A program made the translations under genes and the position numbers. From NCBI GenBank assembly GCA_030628945.1, contig DAOVPY010000005.1, positions 1 through 52,541 of the forward strand: a stretch of DNA of 52,541 nucleotides, given 5' to 3'. Below are positions 37,438 to 47,157 of the stretch, piece by piece. Origin of the DNA: Candidatus Nealsonbacteria bacterium. GTDB taxonomy: Bacteria; Patescibacteriota; Minisyncoccia; Minisyncoccales; DAOVPY01. Numbering within the stretch: the stretch's first letter is position 1; every line of letters starts with the position of its first letter. The notes under the pieces were generated by a model, which saw only the letters and a list, made by a program, of their open reading frames with translations, ran no database searches and had not been told where the DNA came from.

Positions 37438-38478
37438 ATGGAAAATCAACCTATCACTAAAATTATCAAAAAGGTTCTGCCGGCGGTGATAAGCATCACA
37501 GCGTCAAAAAATCTGGAATATGTCAGAAATCCTTTCTCGCGAGCCATGGGCCAAGAATTTTCCAATACCCTGAAAAGAAAAAAAATCTCTGTGGGAGGAG
37601 GAAGCGGATTCATTATTGACCCATCGGGAATTATTTTAACCAACCGCCATGTAGTTGCCGATCCCCATGCCGAATATACGGCAGTCCTGGACTTTGCTCA
37701 AAAACATTCTTCTGACGATGAAGGGGAAAAATATAAAATTGAGATATTGGCAAAAGACCCTATCAACGATGTTGCCGTGCTGAAAATAAATAAAAAAAAT
37801 CTCCCTGTCATTGAACTCGGCGATTCCTCTAAACTTGAACTTGGCCAGACAGTCATCGCGATTGGCAATACATTGGGCATATTCCGCAACACTGTCTCAA
37901 CCGGCGTTATCTCGGGATTAAGCCGCTATATCACTGCTTTCAACGCTCTTGACAACCGCTCCCAGCGCTTGCGCGGATTAATTCAGACAGACGCTGCAAT
38001 TAATCCTGGCAATTCTGGCGGCCCCTTAATAGACATAAAAGGCAAAGCAATAGGCATTAACGCGGCTATGATTCTCGGAGCGGAAAATATCGGGTTCACT
38101 CTGCCGATTAACACGGCTAAAAACGATCTGGAAGACATAAAAAAATACGGGAGGATAAGGCAGCCCTTTTTAGGAGTGAGATATATTTTGCTTAATAATC
38201 TCCTGCAAAAAAAATATAATTTCCCAAAAGATTGCGGCGCGTTGGTAATCTCCGAAGATGATTTTGAAGGAAAAGCGGTAATCCCCGGCAGTCCGGCGCA
38301 TAAAGCCGGCATTAAAGAAGCGGATATTATTCTGGCAATCCAGGAGGAAAAAATATCTCCTCAAAATACTCTGGAAGATATCCTGCAAAAATTTAAAATA
38401 GGCGAAATTATCAATTTAAAAATTATCAGGGATAATAAAGAAATAATTTGCGAAACAAAAATAGAAGAAAAAATTTAG
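37438..38478 (+). CDS. HtrA-like serine protease with PDZ domain, no obvious signal/TM segment
   Basis: GSGF, TNRHVV, QTDAAINPGNSGGPL. Confidence 0.9.
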   Translation: MENQPITKIIKKVLPAVISITASKNLEYVRNPFSRAMGQEFSNTLKRKKISVGGGSGFIIDPSGIILTNRHVVADPHAEYTAVLDFAQKHSSDDEGEKYKIEILAKDPINDVAVLKINKKNLPVIELGDSSKLELGQTVIAIGNTLGIFRNTVSTGVISGLSRYITAFNALDNRSQRLRGLIQTDAAINPGNSGGPLIDIKGKAIGINAAMILGAENIGFTLPINTAKNDLEDIKKYGRIRQPFLGVRYILLNNLLQKKYNFPKDCGALVISEDDFEGKAVIPGSPAHKAGIKEADIILAIQEEKISPQNTLEDILQKFKIGEIINLKIIRDNKEIICETKIEEKI

Positions 38479-38504
38479 AAATTTTAACATATTAACATTT
38501 CAAC

Positions 38505-38585
38505 ATTTCCACAGTTTATCCCCGACTTATCAACAAAGTCGGGATTTTTATTTCATTTTGTTTTTAATTTGACATGTGATACAAT
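38505..38585 (+). promoter_or_regulatory. DnaA-box-like sites and dnaA promoter
   Basis: ATTTCCACA, TTATCCCCG, TTATCAACA; extended -10 TG-A-TACAAT 6 nt before ATG. Confidence 0.6.
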
Positions 38586-38591
38586 TAAAAA

Positions 38592-39938
38592 ATGACCAAG
38601 GACGAACTATGGCAAGCCGTGCTTGCCCAAATTCAATTTAATATTTCGCCTGCTAATTTTGGAACTTGGTTTAAAAATACAGGAATTCTTTTAAAAAAAG
38701 AAAAGGGGGTGATAGTGTCCGTTCCAAATAACTTTTCCAAAGAATGGCTGGAAAATAAATATAACAAAACCATCTTAAACATCTTGCGCGGCCTTGATGG
38801 AGAAATAAAAGACATTAAATATAAAGTTGTCCATTCAGGGTTGAAAACAAAGCCGGCAGAAAATAATTTAGACGAAATCAATCAGCTTGAATTTCCAGAA
38901 TTTAAAATAAACAAAGAAACCAATTTAAATCCTCGCTATATATTTGAAAATTTCATTGTTGGTTCTTTTAACGAACTTTCGCATGCCGCCGCAACGGCTG
39001 TCTCCAAGAGCCCGGGTATTATCTATAATCCTTTATTTATTTACGGGGGAGTGGGATTGGGAAAAACCCACCTCCTCCAGGCGATTGGAAATGAAATTAT
39101 TAAAAATTCTCCGCGAAAAAAAGTAAAATATCTCTCCTCTGAAAAATTTACCTCTGAAGTGGTAACCGCAATAAAAAATCACAGTATGGAAAGCCTTAAA
39201 TCACTTTATCGGGAGATTGACGTTTTAATTATTGACGACATCCAATTCCTGGCGGGGAAAGAAAAAACACAGGAAGAATTTTTTCATACTTTTAACGCTT
39301 TATATAATAAAGACAAGCAAATCGTGCTTTCTTCGGACAGGCCTCCGGCCTCTATCCCGTCAATGGAGGAAAGATTAAGATCGCGATTTGAAGGAGGAAT
39401 GATTACCGACATCAGCCTTCCGGAGTTTGAAACTCGCCTGGCTATCTTAAAAATAAAAACCCAGGAGAAAAAAATAAAAATCTCCGAAGAAATTTTAGAA
39501 TACATCAGTTCTCATATTAAAAGAAACATAAGAGAACTTGAAGGCGCGCTTAACCGGCTTATTGTTTATCAGAAACTTAATAACCAATCTCCTGACATAG
39601 AAACCGCTAAAACCCTTTTAAAAAATATAATTCTTCATTCGGTTAAGGTAGCAAATTCTAAAAAAATAATCCAATCCGTGTCTGATTTTTACGACTTAAA
39701 AGAAAAAGAGCTCTTTTCCATTTCGCGGAGAAAAGAAATTATCAGACCCCGCCAAATAGCAATGTATCTCTTCAGGGAAGAATTGAAAAGCTCTTTCCCA
39801 TTTATAGGGAGAAAATTCAACGGCAAAGACCATACAACCGTGATTCACGCTTGTAATAAAATTTCCAAAGAAATAAAAAATGATGAAAAAGTGGAAGAAG
39901 AAATTAATTTAATTAAACAACGAATTTACAGCATATAA
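38592..39938 (+). CDS. dnaA: Chromosomal replication initiator DnaA
   Basis: YNPLFIYGGVGLGKTHLL, DDIQF, RLRSRF, DHTTVIHA. Confidence 0.98.
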   Translation: MTKDELWQAVLAQIQFNISPANFGTWFKNTGILLKKEKGVIVSVPNNFSKEWLENKYNKTILNILRGLDGEIKDIKYKVVHSGLKTKPAENNLDEINQLEFPEFKINKETNLNPRYIFENFIVGSFNELSHAAATAVSKSPGIIYNPLFIYGGVGLGKTHLLQAIGNEIIKNSPRKKVKYLSSEKFTSEVVTAIKNHSMESLKSLYREIDVLIIDDIQFLAGKEKTQEEFFHTFNALYNKDKQIVLSSDRPPASIPSMEERLRSRFEGGMITDISLPEFETRLAILKIKTQEKKIKISEEILEYISSHIKRNIRELEGALNRLIVYQKLNNQSPDIETAKTLLKNIILHSVKVANSKKIIQSVSDFYDLKEKELFSISRRKEIIRPRQIAMYLFREELKSSFPFIGRKFNGKDHTTVIHACNKISKEIKNDEKVEEEINLIKQRIYSI

Positions 39939-40181
39939 AAATTAGAAAATAAGGGGAAAAACATAGGAAAAATAAGTGGATAACCAAAGGAAAAAGAAAG
40001 AATAAAAAAATAAAAAAACATAGATTTAAAAATTGAACAAAATAATAAGGTTTTTTCAACTAATTTTTACCATAGTTTTCCCCAATACATTCACGAGAAA
40101 ATAATTTTAAAAAATGAACAACTAATAACAATAATAAATATTAATTACTTATTAATAATTATTAGTAAGTCGTCGTAAGAT
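39939..40181. other. Probable oriC (dnaA-dnaN intergenic region)
   Basis: Very AT-rich; degenerate DnaA boxes (AGTGGATAA 39975-39983, TTTTCCCCA 40076-40084); AT-rich unwinding-element-like run near dnaN. Confidence 0.65.
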
Positions 40182-41354
40182 ATGAAAATAACTATTTTAA
40201 AAGAAAATTTAAACAAAGGATTAAATATTACGGAAAAAATAAGCGGAAAAAATTTAACTCTTCCTATTTTAAATAACGTTTTAATTTCCACGGATAAAAA
40301 TTTTCTCAATCTTGCCGCAACTAATTTAGAAACTGGAATAAATTATTGGACTTTGGCAAAAATAGAAAAACAAGGGAAAATAACCATTCCGGCTAAATTT
40401 CTTTTTAATCTTATTTCTTCCCTGCCTGATAAAAAAATAAATCTGGAGGTTAAAAACAATTTACTCTTTATTGAATGTGAAAATTATAAAGCTCAAATTA
40501 AAGGATTTAACCCTGAAGAATTTCCCATTATTCCCGTTATAAAAACAGAAAATTTTATTGAAATAAATAATTCCCTTCTTTCTGAAGGGCTTTCCCAGGT
40601 GGTTGATTTTTGCGCTTCTACCCAGATTAAACCGGAACTTTCGGGAATTTATTTCCAAATTCAAAAAGACAGGATTCTTTTAACGGCAACCGACAGTTTT
40701 CGTTTGGCTGAAAAAACTTTATATTATAAAAAATCCAATGATTTTTCTTATTCCAGCGGCGAAGCAAAAGAATACTCATTTATTCTTCCGCAAAAAACCA
40801 CCCAGGAACTTCTTAATATTCTTTCCGAAAAATCTTCAGATAACGCTAAAGAAAATAAATTAAAAGTTTATTTTTCCCCCAATCAAATTTTATTTGAATT
40901 TCCAATGCTTGATTCTCCCTCTTCTTCTTTCCCTCAATTGCGGTTTATATCCCGATTAATTGAAGGCGAATTTCCCGATTATCAGGAGATTATCCCCAAG
41001 AAACACAAAACTCAGGCGGTTTTAGCTAAAGATGTTTTTTTGAATCAAATTAAAACAGCCAGTCTTTTTTCCGGCAAGATAAATGAAGTTAAAATAAAAA
41101 TTGACCCCTCAAAAAACAAAATTGAAATTTTTTCTCAAAATCCGGAACTCGGGGAAAATAAATCTTCTGTCGCGGCTCAAATAAAAGGTTCGCCTTTGGA
41201 AATTTCTTTAAATTATAAATTTCTTCTTGACGGGCTCTTAAATATTAAAACATCAGAGATTATTTTAGAATTTAACAGCGGAGACGAGCCGGTTATTCTA
41301 AAGCCGGTAGGAGATTCAAGTTATCTTTATGTGGTAATGCCTATCAAGCCGTAA
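40182..41354 (+). CDS. dnaN: DNA polymerase III beta clamp
   Basis: LPILNN, ATDSFRL, RLIEGEFPDY, YVVMP. Confidence 0.96.
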   Translation: MKITILKENLNKGLNITEKISGKNLTLPILNNVLISTDKNFLNLAATNLETGINYWTLAKIEKQGKITIPAKFLFNLISSLPDKKINLEVKNNLLFIECENYKAQIKGFNPEEFPIIPVIKTENFIEINNSLLSEGLSQVVDFCASTQIKPELSGIYFQIQKDRILLTATDSFRLAEKTLYYKKSNDFSYSSGEAKEYSFILPQKTTQELLNILSEKSSDNAKENKLKVYFSPNQILFEFPMLDSPSSSFPQLRFISRLIEGEFPDYQEIIPKKHKTQAVLAKDVFLNQIKTASLFSGKINEVKIKIDPSKNKIEIFSQNPELGENKSSVAAQIKGSPLEISLNYKFLLDGLLNIKTSEIILEFNSGDEPVILKPVGDSSYLYVVMPIKP

Positions 41355-41388
41355 ATTCTGTCTATCCTGATGCGTCTGAGCGCGCTAA

Positions 41389-43479
41389 TCAATAGAATTT
41401 AATACCTTGTTCCCAACCGTTGTATTGAGGGTCTAAACCTGGATTTTTTGGCTGTTCTCCCTGGGGATGAGCTTTGTCAAGATAATAAAGAATAGAGTGC
41501 GGCTCTTCTAAATCAACCTCTCCTTTTAGGACAGGTTTTTTAGTTTGAACCGGCTTTGGTTTAATAAAATTTTCTTTGGGAAATTTTATTAATGCTTGTT
41601 CCATAAATTGGCGCCACATAGGAGCAGACAGCATCACGCCGGATTTTCCAACGGATTTATTATCATTATTTCCTACCCAAACTCCCGCAACGATAGATCC
41701 GGTGTAGCCAATAGTCCAGGCGTCCCTATATTCCTGAGTGGTGCCTGTTTTAGCAGCCACTTGATAATTTTTAAAATATAAAGGAGACGCATAACCGAAC
41801 ATCGGCGCCCTGGCGTTATTATCCGAAAGAATATCGTTTATTAAATCGGCAACCTCGCTTTCTAACACCCTTTTCGGTTTTTTTTTGTTTTCTTTTATAA
41901 TATTTCCTTCCAAATCCTCTATTTTAAAAATGCTTACCGGCGGCACTTTTAATCCGCGGAAGGCGAAAACACTGTAAGATGATACCATATCAAGAAGTTT
42001 TACTTCCCCTCCGCCTAAGACCAAAGAAAGGCCGTAAAAACCCGGTTTTTGATTTAAGGTGGTAATTCCGAAAGTTTTAGCGAGGTTGATGGTTTCCGCG
42101 AGACCGGCTAAATAAAGAACTTTTACAGAAGCAACATTAATAGATTGAGCCAGCGCCTCGCGCATAGTAATAGGCCCCCTGAATTTTTCATCATAATTTC
42201 CGGGGATATACTCTTCGGCTCCTTGCACCCCGAAATTAGTTTTAACGTCCCAAAGAATTGTTTCAGGAGTAAAACCTTTTTTAAACGCCTGCGCGTAAGC
42301 AAAGGGCTTAAAAGCGGAACCGGGCTGGCGTTCGCCCAAAGTCGCGACATTAAATTGCGGTTCAAATAAACAATTGTTTTTTTCAGGATTGCAGGACTCG
42401 GGATAGGGTTCTCCAAAATAATCCGCGGAGCCAACCATAGTTAAAATTTCGCCGGTTTTTGGATTAAGAGATACCAACGAAGCGTTGAAAGCGTTATAAT
42501 TTTGATTTATTTTTGTTCCCTCTTCTATTATTTTTTCCGCGGATTCCTGTAATTCCCAATCCAGGGTAGTATAAATCTTTAATCCCTTTTTCCTTAAAAA
42601 TTCTTCTCCGTATTCTTGTATTAATTGTTTTCTTACATAAAGCGCAAAATGAGGCGCTTTGATAATAGTGGTTGTTTTTGGAGCAAATTCCAGAGAAGTT
42701 TTTTTCGCTGTTTCAGCTTCTTGTTTTGAAAGATATCCGCAAACAACCATCCGTTCTAAAATATAATCCTTTCTTATTAAAAGTTGGTCATAATGCTTTC
42801 CATAAGGAGAAAGATAACTCGGAGCCTGAATTAAAGAAGCCAAAACAGCGGATTCGGGAAGGGAGAGAGCCGCAGCCGTTTTTTGAAAGTATGTTTGGCT
42901 TGCCGCTTCCACCCCGTAACAATTATTTCCAAAAGGAATTTGGTTTAAGTACCATATCAAAATTTGCTCTTTAGAATACCGTCGGTCTAATTCCAGGGCT
43001 AAAATTATTTCCCTGATTTTTCTTTCCGCGGTCTTTTGATTGGAAAAAAAAGTAGAACGGATTAATTGCTGGGGGATGGTAGAACCGCCATAGAGCGGCT
43101 TTCTAATTTTTAAATTGATTAAAATCGCTCTTATTATTCCTTCAAAATCAATGCCAAAATGGGTATAGAAATTTTGGTCTTCGGCCGCGATGACCGCTTC
43201 TTTTAAGTATTTGGGAATGTTTTCCGAAGAAACCCAGGTTCGTTTTTCTTCTCCGTAGATTTCGTATAAAAAAATCTCGCCGCTGCGGTCGTAAATTTTA
43301 GTTGAATGAGCCATTTGTCTTTCACTGAATCTTTCCGGCATTGGCAGTTCCCTGCCGTAATAAATAAATAAAAACAAAAAACAAAAAACAAAAAACAAAA
43401 AACAAAAGCAGAAAAACTTCAAAATTGAACCCAATGATTTCTTTTTTTTCTTTTTTTGATAAATTTTGCGATAAGCCAT
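41389..43479 (-). CDS. Class A penicillin-binding protein (transglycosylase/transpeptidase)
   Basis: EDQNF, GGSTIPQQL, RKIRE, SAFK, SIN, KTG. Confidence 0.95.
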   Translation of the reverse strand: MAYRKIYQKKKKKKSLGSILKFFCFCFLFFVFCFLFLFIYYGRELPMPERFSERQMAHSTKIYDRSGEIFLYEIYGEEKRTWVSSENIPKYLKEAVIAAEDQNFYTHFGIDFEGIIRAILINLKIRKPLYGGSTIPQQLIRSTFFSNQKTAERKIREIILALELDRRYSKEQILIWYLNQIPFGNNCYGVEAASQTYFQKTAAALSLPESAVLASLIQAPSYLSPYGKHYDQLLIRKDYILERMVVCGYLSKQEAETAKKTSLEFAPKTTTIIKAPHFALYVRKQLIQEYGEEFLRKKGLKIYTTLDWELQESAEKIIEEGTKINQNYNAFNASLVSLNPKTGEILTMVGSADYFGEPYPESCNPEKNNCLFEPQFNVATLGERQPGSAFKPFAYAQAFKKGFTPETILWDVKTNFGVQGAEEYIPGNYDEKFRGPITMREALAQSINVASVKVLYLAGLAETINLAKTFGITTLNQKPGFYGLSLVLGGGEVKLLDMVSSYSVFAFRGLKVPPVSIFKIEDLEGNIIKENKKKPKRVLESEVADLINDILSDNNARAPMFGYASPLYFKNYQVAAKTGTTQEYRDAWTIGYTGSIVAGVWVGNNDNKSVGKSGVMLSAPMWRQFMEQALIKFPKENFIKPKPVQTKKPVLKGEVDLEEPHSILYYLDKAHPQGEQPKNPGLDPQYNGWEQGIKFY

Positions 43480-43542
43480 GCCTTTATAGTAATAAATTTA
43501 ATGCGGATTGGCAAACAGCAGTTATTTTATTATAATGAAAGT

Positions 43543-44748
43543 ATGAGAACAAAAGTTGATACTGATCCTAAAAAAATTGAAAAGCTCTTAACTGATAAAA
43601 CAGAAGAGGTTATTGACAAAAACCATCTAAAGAAAAGATTAAGGACTGGTAAGAAATTAAGGGTGAAGTTTGGCATTGATCCAACTTCATCAGATTTACA
43701 TTTAGGACATTCCATCCCTTTAAGAAAATTAAAACAATTTCAAGAATTAGGACATCAAGTCGTTTTTTTGATTGGTGATTTTACCGCTCAAATCGGCGAT
43801 CCGTCAGCTAGATTAGATAAAAGAAGGATTTTAACTGAAAAAGAAATAAAAAAGAATATGCAGGATTATGTTCAACAAGCAGCTAAAATTTTAGATATTA
43901 AAAAGGTTGAGATTAGATATAACAGCGAATGGTATAAAAAAAAGGGAGCTGCTTTTTTGATGGATTTAACGTCCCGTTTCACTTATGCTCGGCTGATAGA
44001 AAGAAATGAGTTTAAACAAAGGATAAAAAGAGATATAGATGTTAGTATGTTAGAACTTATTTATCCGTTGCTTCAGGGATATGACTCAATTGAGCTTAAG
44101 AATGATGTAGAAATAGGAGGAACTGATCAAAAATTTAATCTGGTTTTTGCCAGAAAGGTTCAAAAGAAATATAATCATCCTCAGCAAGATATTATAACTT
44201 TGCCGCTTTTGGTTGGTGTTGATGGAGTGAAGAAAATGAGCAAGTCCTATGGGAATTACATCAAACTTATTGAAGCTCCTTCAAAAATGTTCGGTAAAAT
44301 TATGTCAATTCCTGATTTGCTAATTTGGCATTATTTTAAACTTTTAACCGAGCTTTCTTCAAAAGAAATTGAAGGAATAAAACAAAATGTTTATAAGACT
44401 ATTTTGAACTTGAAAGAGGCAAAATTAAAATTAGCTAAGGAAATAGTTAAATTCTATCACAACGAAAAAATAGCCCAAAAAGCGGAAAAAGAATTTAACA
44501 GGGTTTTCAAAGAAAAAAAAATTCCTTCAGAAATACCGTCAGTCAGGATTGCGGAAAAATCCTTGAATATCCTTGATTTGTTGAAGAAAACAAAATTAGC
44601 TTCCTCTAAAGCTGAAGCTAAACGTTTAATTCTTCAAAAAGGAGTGAGGATAGATAATCAGGTTCAGGAAAATTGGCGAAAAATAATTAAAATAAAAAAA
44701 AGAGCGATAATTCAGGTCGGCAAAAGAAGATTTATCAGAATAGTATAA
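43543..44748 (+). CDS. tyrS: Tyrosine--tRNA ligase
   Basis: GIDPT, HLGH, GGTDQ, KMSKS, C-terminal S4 domain; ATG 43543 follows TTGGCA-17-TATAAT. Confidence 0.97.
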   Translation: MRTKVDTDPKKIEKLLTDKTEEVIDKNHLKKRLRTGKKLRVKFGIDPTSSDLHLGHSIPLRKLKQFQELGHQVVFLIGDFTAQIGDPSARLDKRRILTEKEIKKNMQDYVQQAAKILDIKKVEIRYNSEWYKKKGAAFLMDLTSRFTYARLIERNEFKQRIKRDIDVSMLELIYPLLQGYDSIELKNDVEIGGTDQKFNLVFARKVQKKYNHPQQDIITLPLLVGVDGVKKMSKSYGNYIKLIEAPSKMFGKIMSIPDLLIWHYFKLLTELSSKEIEGIKQNVYKTILNLKEAKLKLAKEIVKFYHNEKIAQKAEKEFNRVFKEKKIPSEIPSVRIAEKSLNILDLLKKTKLASSKAEAKRLILQKGVRIDNQVQENWRKIIKIKKRAIIQVGKRRFIRIV

Positions 44749-44749
44749 A

Positions 44750-44794
44750 AAAGAAAACTAAAATCCCGCCTAATGCGGGATTTTAGTTTTCTTT
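44750..44794. terminator. Bidirectional terminator
   Basis: AAAGAAAACTAAAATCCCGC-CTAAT-GCGGGATTTTAGTTTTCTTT. Confidence 0.8.
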
Positions 44795-44955
44795 TACAAA
44801 GCTTCATCTTCTGGCTTTTTTTCTTCCTCTGCGCCTTCTTCTTTTACTTCTGCGCCTTCAACTGCTTCGCCTTCTTCTTTTACTTCTTCTTTTACTTCTT
44901 CGCCTTCTGCTTCATCCTGGCTCTTTAAAGGACTTATAATTTCATCGTAAATCAT
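44794..44955 (-). CDS. 53-aa highly acidic microprotein (not in the ORF track)
   Basis: MIYDEIISPLKSQDEAEGEEVKEEVKEEGEAVEGAEVKEEGAEEEKKPEDEAL; own promoter and terminator. Confidence 0.7.
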   Translation of the reverse strand: MIYDEIISPLKSQDEAEGEEVKEEVKEEGEAVEGAEVKEEGAEEEKKPEDEAL

Positions 44956-45051
44956 ATTTTTAATTTTTGTTGTTAATTTTTTTGTTCTACCCTGCTTGAT
45001 TTAACAGGGCGAATCGACCTTTCCCTCCTTCCTCTGGAGGAGGGGATTGGA

Positions 45052-45570
45052 TTATACTCGCATTATAGGGTTTCCAAATGTCTTGTCAAGGGCAAAAGAG
45101 CAGCAAACAGCAGCGGCTAAGGCGTCCGCAGAATCATCGGGCGTGGGCAGTTCTTTTAATTTCAATAATATCTGGATCATTTTTTGAATCTGTTTTTTGT
45201 CTGCTTTTCCATAGCCGGTAATCGCCATTTTGATCTGCAGGGGAGTAAATTCATATGTTGGTATTTTTTTCTTTGCCGCGGTAAATAAGATTACTCCTTT
45301 TGCCTGGCTCACCGGCAGAGCGGTTTTTAAGTTTTTAAAGAAATACACATTTTCCACGGCCAAAACTTCCGGCTTATAATGGTTTATTATTTTATTTAGT
45401 CCCTGGTTTATTTTTTTTAATCGTTCAGTAGTCAACGTCCCCGGCTTGGTGATAATACAGCCGTAATTCAGGCATTTTAATTTGTTTTTTGCCCTTTGTT
45501 TTTTATCCGTTGTTCTGATGATTCCGTATCCGATTGTGGCTAAACCCGGGTCAATGCCCAATATAATCAT
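45052..45570 (-). CDS. ruvC: Holliday junction resolvase RuvC
   Basis: ILGIDPG, AVENVYF, ITGYGKADK, DDSADALA. Confidence 0.96.
   Translation of the reverse strand: MIILGIDPGLATIGYGIIRTTDKKQRAKNKLKCLNYGCIITKPGTLTTERLKKINQGLNKIINHYKPEVLAVENVYFFKNLKTALPVSQAKGVILFTAAKKKIPTYEFTPLQIKMAITGYGKADKKQIQKMIQILLKLKELPTPDDSADALAAAVCCSFALDKTFGNPIMRV
45062..45089 (-). promoter_or_regulatory. Consensus sigma70 promoter inside the ruvC 3' end
   Basis: TTGACA-16 bp-TATAAT on the minus strand. Confidence 0.7.
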
Positions 45571-45583
45571 AAAATTAAAAATT

Positions 45584-46342
45584 CTAATCTTTTAGATTAG
45601 AGTATATATTTTGAACGGTTTCGCTCTCGTCCAGGGCTTCAAAAAGTTTTTCAGCGGCTTGTTTATTTTTTTCTTCCAAATTAACCAGAGATTTGGCTAC
45701 CCAGTCCAAACTGGCTGATTCAACCTTGATTCCTTTTTCTTGTAAATTTTTTTTAACTTTTTCCAGTTCTTCGGGTTTTGTGTAAATATCTAAAATGTCG
45801 TCCTGCCAATAAATGTCCTCTGCCCCCGCCTCAATTACCTTTAACTCCAGTTCCTCTTTGCTCTCTGTTCGCTGCTTGCCCTGCGGGAGCGAAGCGACTT
45901 TGTTGGGTTCTCTGTCCGCTGTTATCACTCCTTTTCTTTCAAACATCCATTTTACCGAACCGCTGCCGGCAAGTTTCCCTTGATGCTGGCTTAAGATTTG
46001 TTTAATCTCTCCTAAAGCTCTGTTTTTATTATCTGTAATTCCTTCAATTATTATGGCTATACTATTTGGTCCGTATGCTTCATAGATCACTTCTTCCAAT
46101 TTTTCCCCTTCCAGCGCGCCGGTTCCTCGCTTTATGGCTCTTTCAATATTATCTTTGGGCATATTCATGGATTTGGCTTTTTCAATCACTAATCGCAAGG
46201 CAGAGTTTGTTTCCGGGTCTTTGCCTTTTTCTTTTACCGCAACCGAAATCTGCCGGGCCAGTTTAGAGAAAATTTTCCCCCTTTTTTGGTCAGTGATCTG
46301 TTTTTTATGCAAAATTGTTTTAGCGTGAGAATGCCCGCTCAT
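45584..46342 (-). CDS. yebC: YebC/PmpR family protein
   Basis: MSGHS, NMPKDNIERAI, YEAYGP, TDNKNR. Confidence 0.95.
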   Translation of the reverse strand: MSGHSHAKTILHKKQITDQKRGKIFSKLARQISVAVKEKGKDPETNSALRLVIEKAKSMNMPKDNIERAIKRGTGALEGEKLEEVIYEAYGPNSIAIIIEGITDNKNRALGEIKQILSQHQGKLAGSGSVKWMFERKGVITADREPNKVASLPQGKQRTESKEELELKVIEAGAEDIYWQDDILDIYTKPEELEKVKKNLQEKGIKVESASLDWVAKSLVNLEEKNKQAAEKLFEALDESETVQNIYSNLKD

Positions 46343-46376
46343 ATTATCTTAATTTTATCCTAATTTTCCCAATAAA

Positions 46377-47156
46377 TCAATTTTTGGCTCTCTTTTTCAA
46401 CAGGAAAATTGTCGCTCCAAAGAAAACAGCCAGAGCGAAAGCGATTAATAAAATTTTTAAACTCGACAGATTTTTGCTGATAGCGGCTGATTGATTTTGG
46501 TTTTGGGGCTTTGACAGCGCTTCAGAAGAGGAGATAGATGGCTCTGGTTCAGTCGGTTCAAATAAAGGAGGTCTGTCCTCCTTTATTTTTATTGATGGCT
46601 TGCTGTTCTGGGCTTTTGGCGTGCCGCCTGGTTTTGCGCTGGTTTGCCAATTTTCAGGATTATTGCCGGTTAATTGAGGATTAATTCTCTCCATTGTTTG
46701 TTTTGTTTTGTTGTCTCCGCTAAACCATTGGGCAGAGCAATTAATCTCGTCAATAATTACAGAGTTTTGGTCTAAAAGTCGCAAATGTTCTCCGGTATTT
46801 TTAAGTCCGTATCCTCCCCAGCCGCTCGGTTTCTGGCTTGCCAAAATATCGTTTATAGTGGTATCGTCTGTTCTTTCTATAAGATAATAAGATTTTGGTT
46901 CAATAATTCCTAATAACGGCTCAATCAGAGTTTTTCCTCCTGCTTCGTATAATCCCCAATTTTTAAGGGAAATCGCTTGCTCGGTGTTATTATATAATTC
47001 AATCCATTCGTCAGAGCTGTTTGTCTTTGTTCCCATCCAGGCGATTTCATTGATTACCACGGATAACGGCTGTCCGGCTGAAACAAAATCAGCTGAAATT
47101 ATTCCAGCTAATATTATAATATTTAATACCCAAAAAATTTTCATTAGATTTTTCAT
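46377..47156 (-). CDS. Lamin tail domain surface protein with C-terminal TM anchor
   Basis: VVINEIAW, DEWIELYN, GTPKAQNS. Confidence 0.85.
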   Translation of the reverse strand: MKNLMKIFWVLNIIILAGIISADFVSAGQPLSVVINEIAWMGTKTNSSDEWIELYNNTEQAISLKNWGLYEAGGKTLIEPLLGIIEPKSYYLIERTDDTTINDILASQKPSGWGGYGLKNTGEHLRLLDQNSVIIDEINCSAQWFSGDNKTKQTMERINPQLTGNNPENWQTSAKPGGTPKAQNSKPSIKIKEDRPPLFEPTEPEPSISSSEALSKPQNQNQSAAISKNLSSLKILLIAFALAVFFGATIFLLKKRAKN

Positions 47157-47157
47157 T

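Noticed and set aside
43456-43542. Longer tyrS N-terminus
   Set aside because: Overlaps the divergent PBP start and contains the tyrS promoter
44494-44504. TTTAACAGGGT in tyrS matching a family A arm
   Set aside because: Single arm encoding EFNRVF, which fits normal TyrRS sequence; no partner arm
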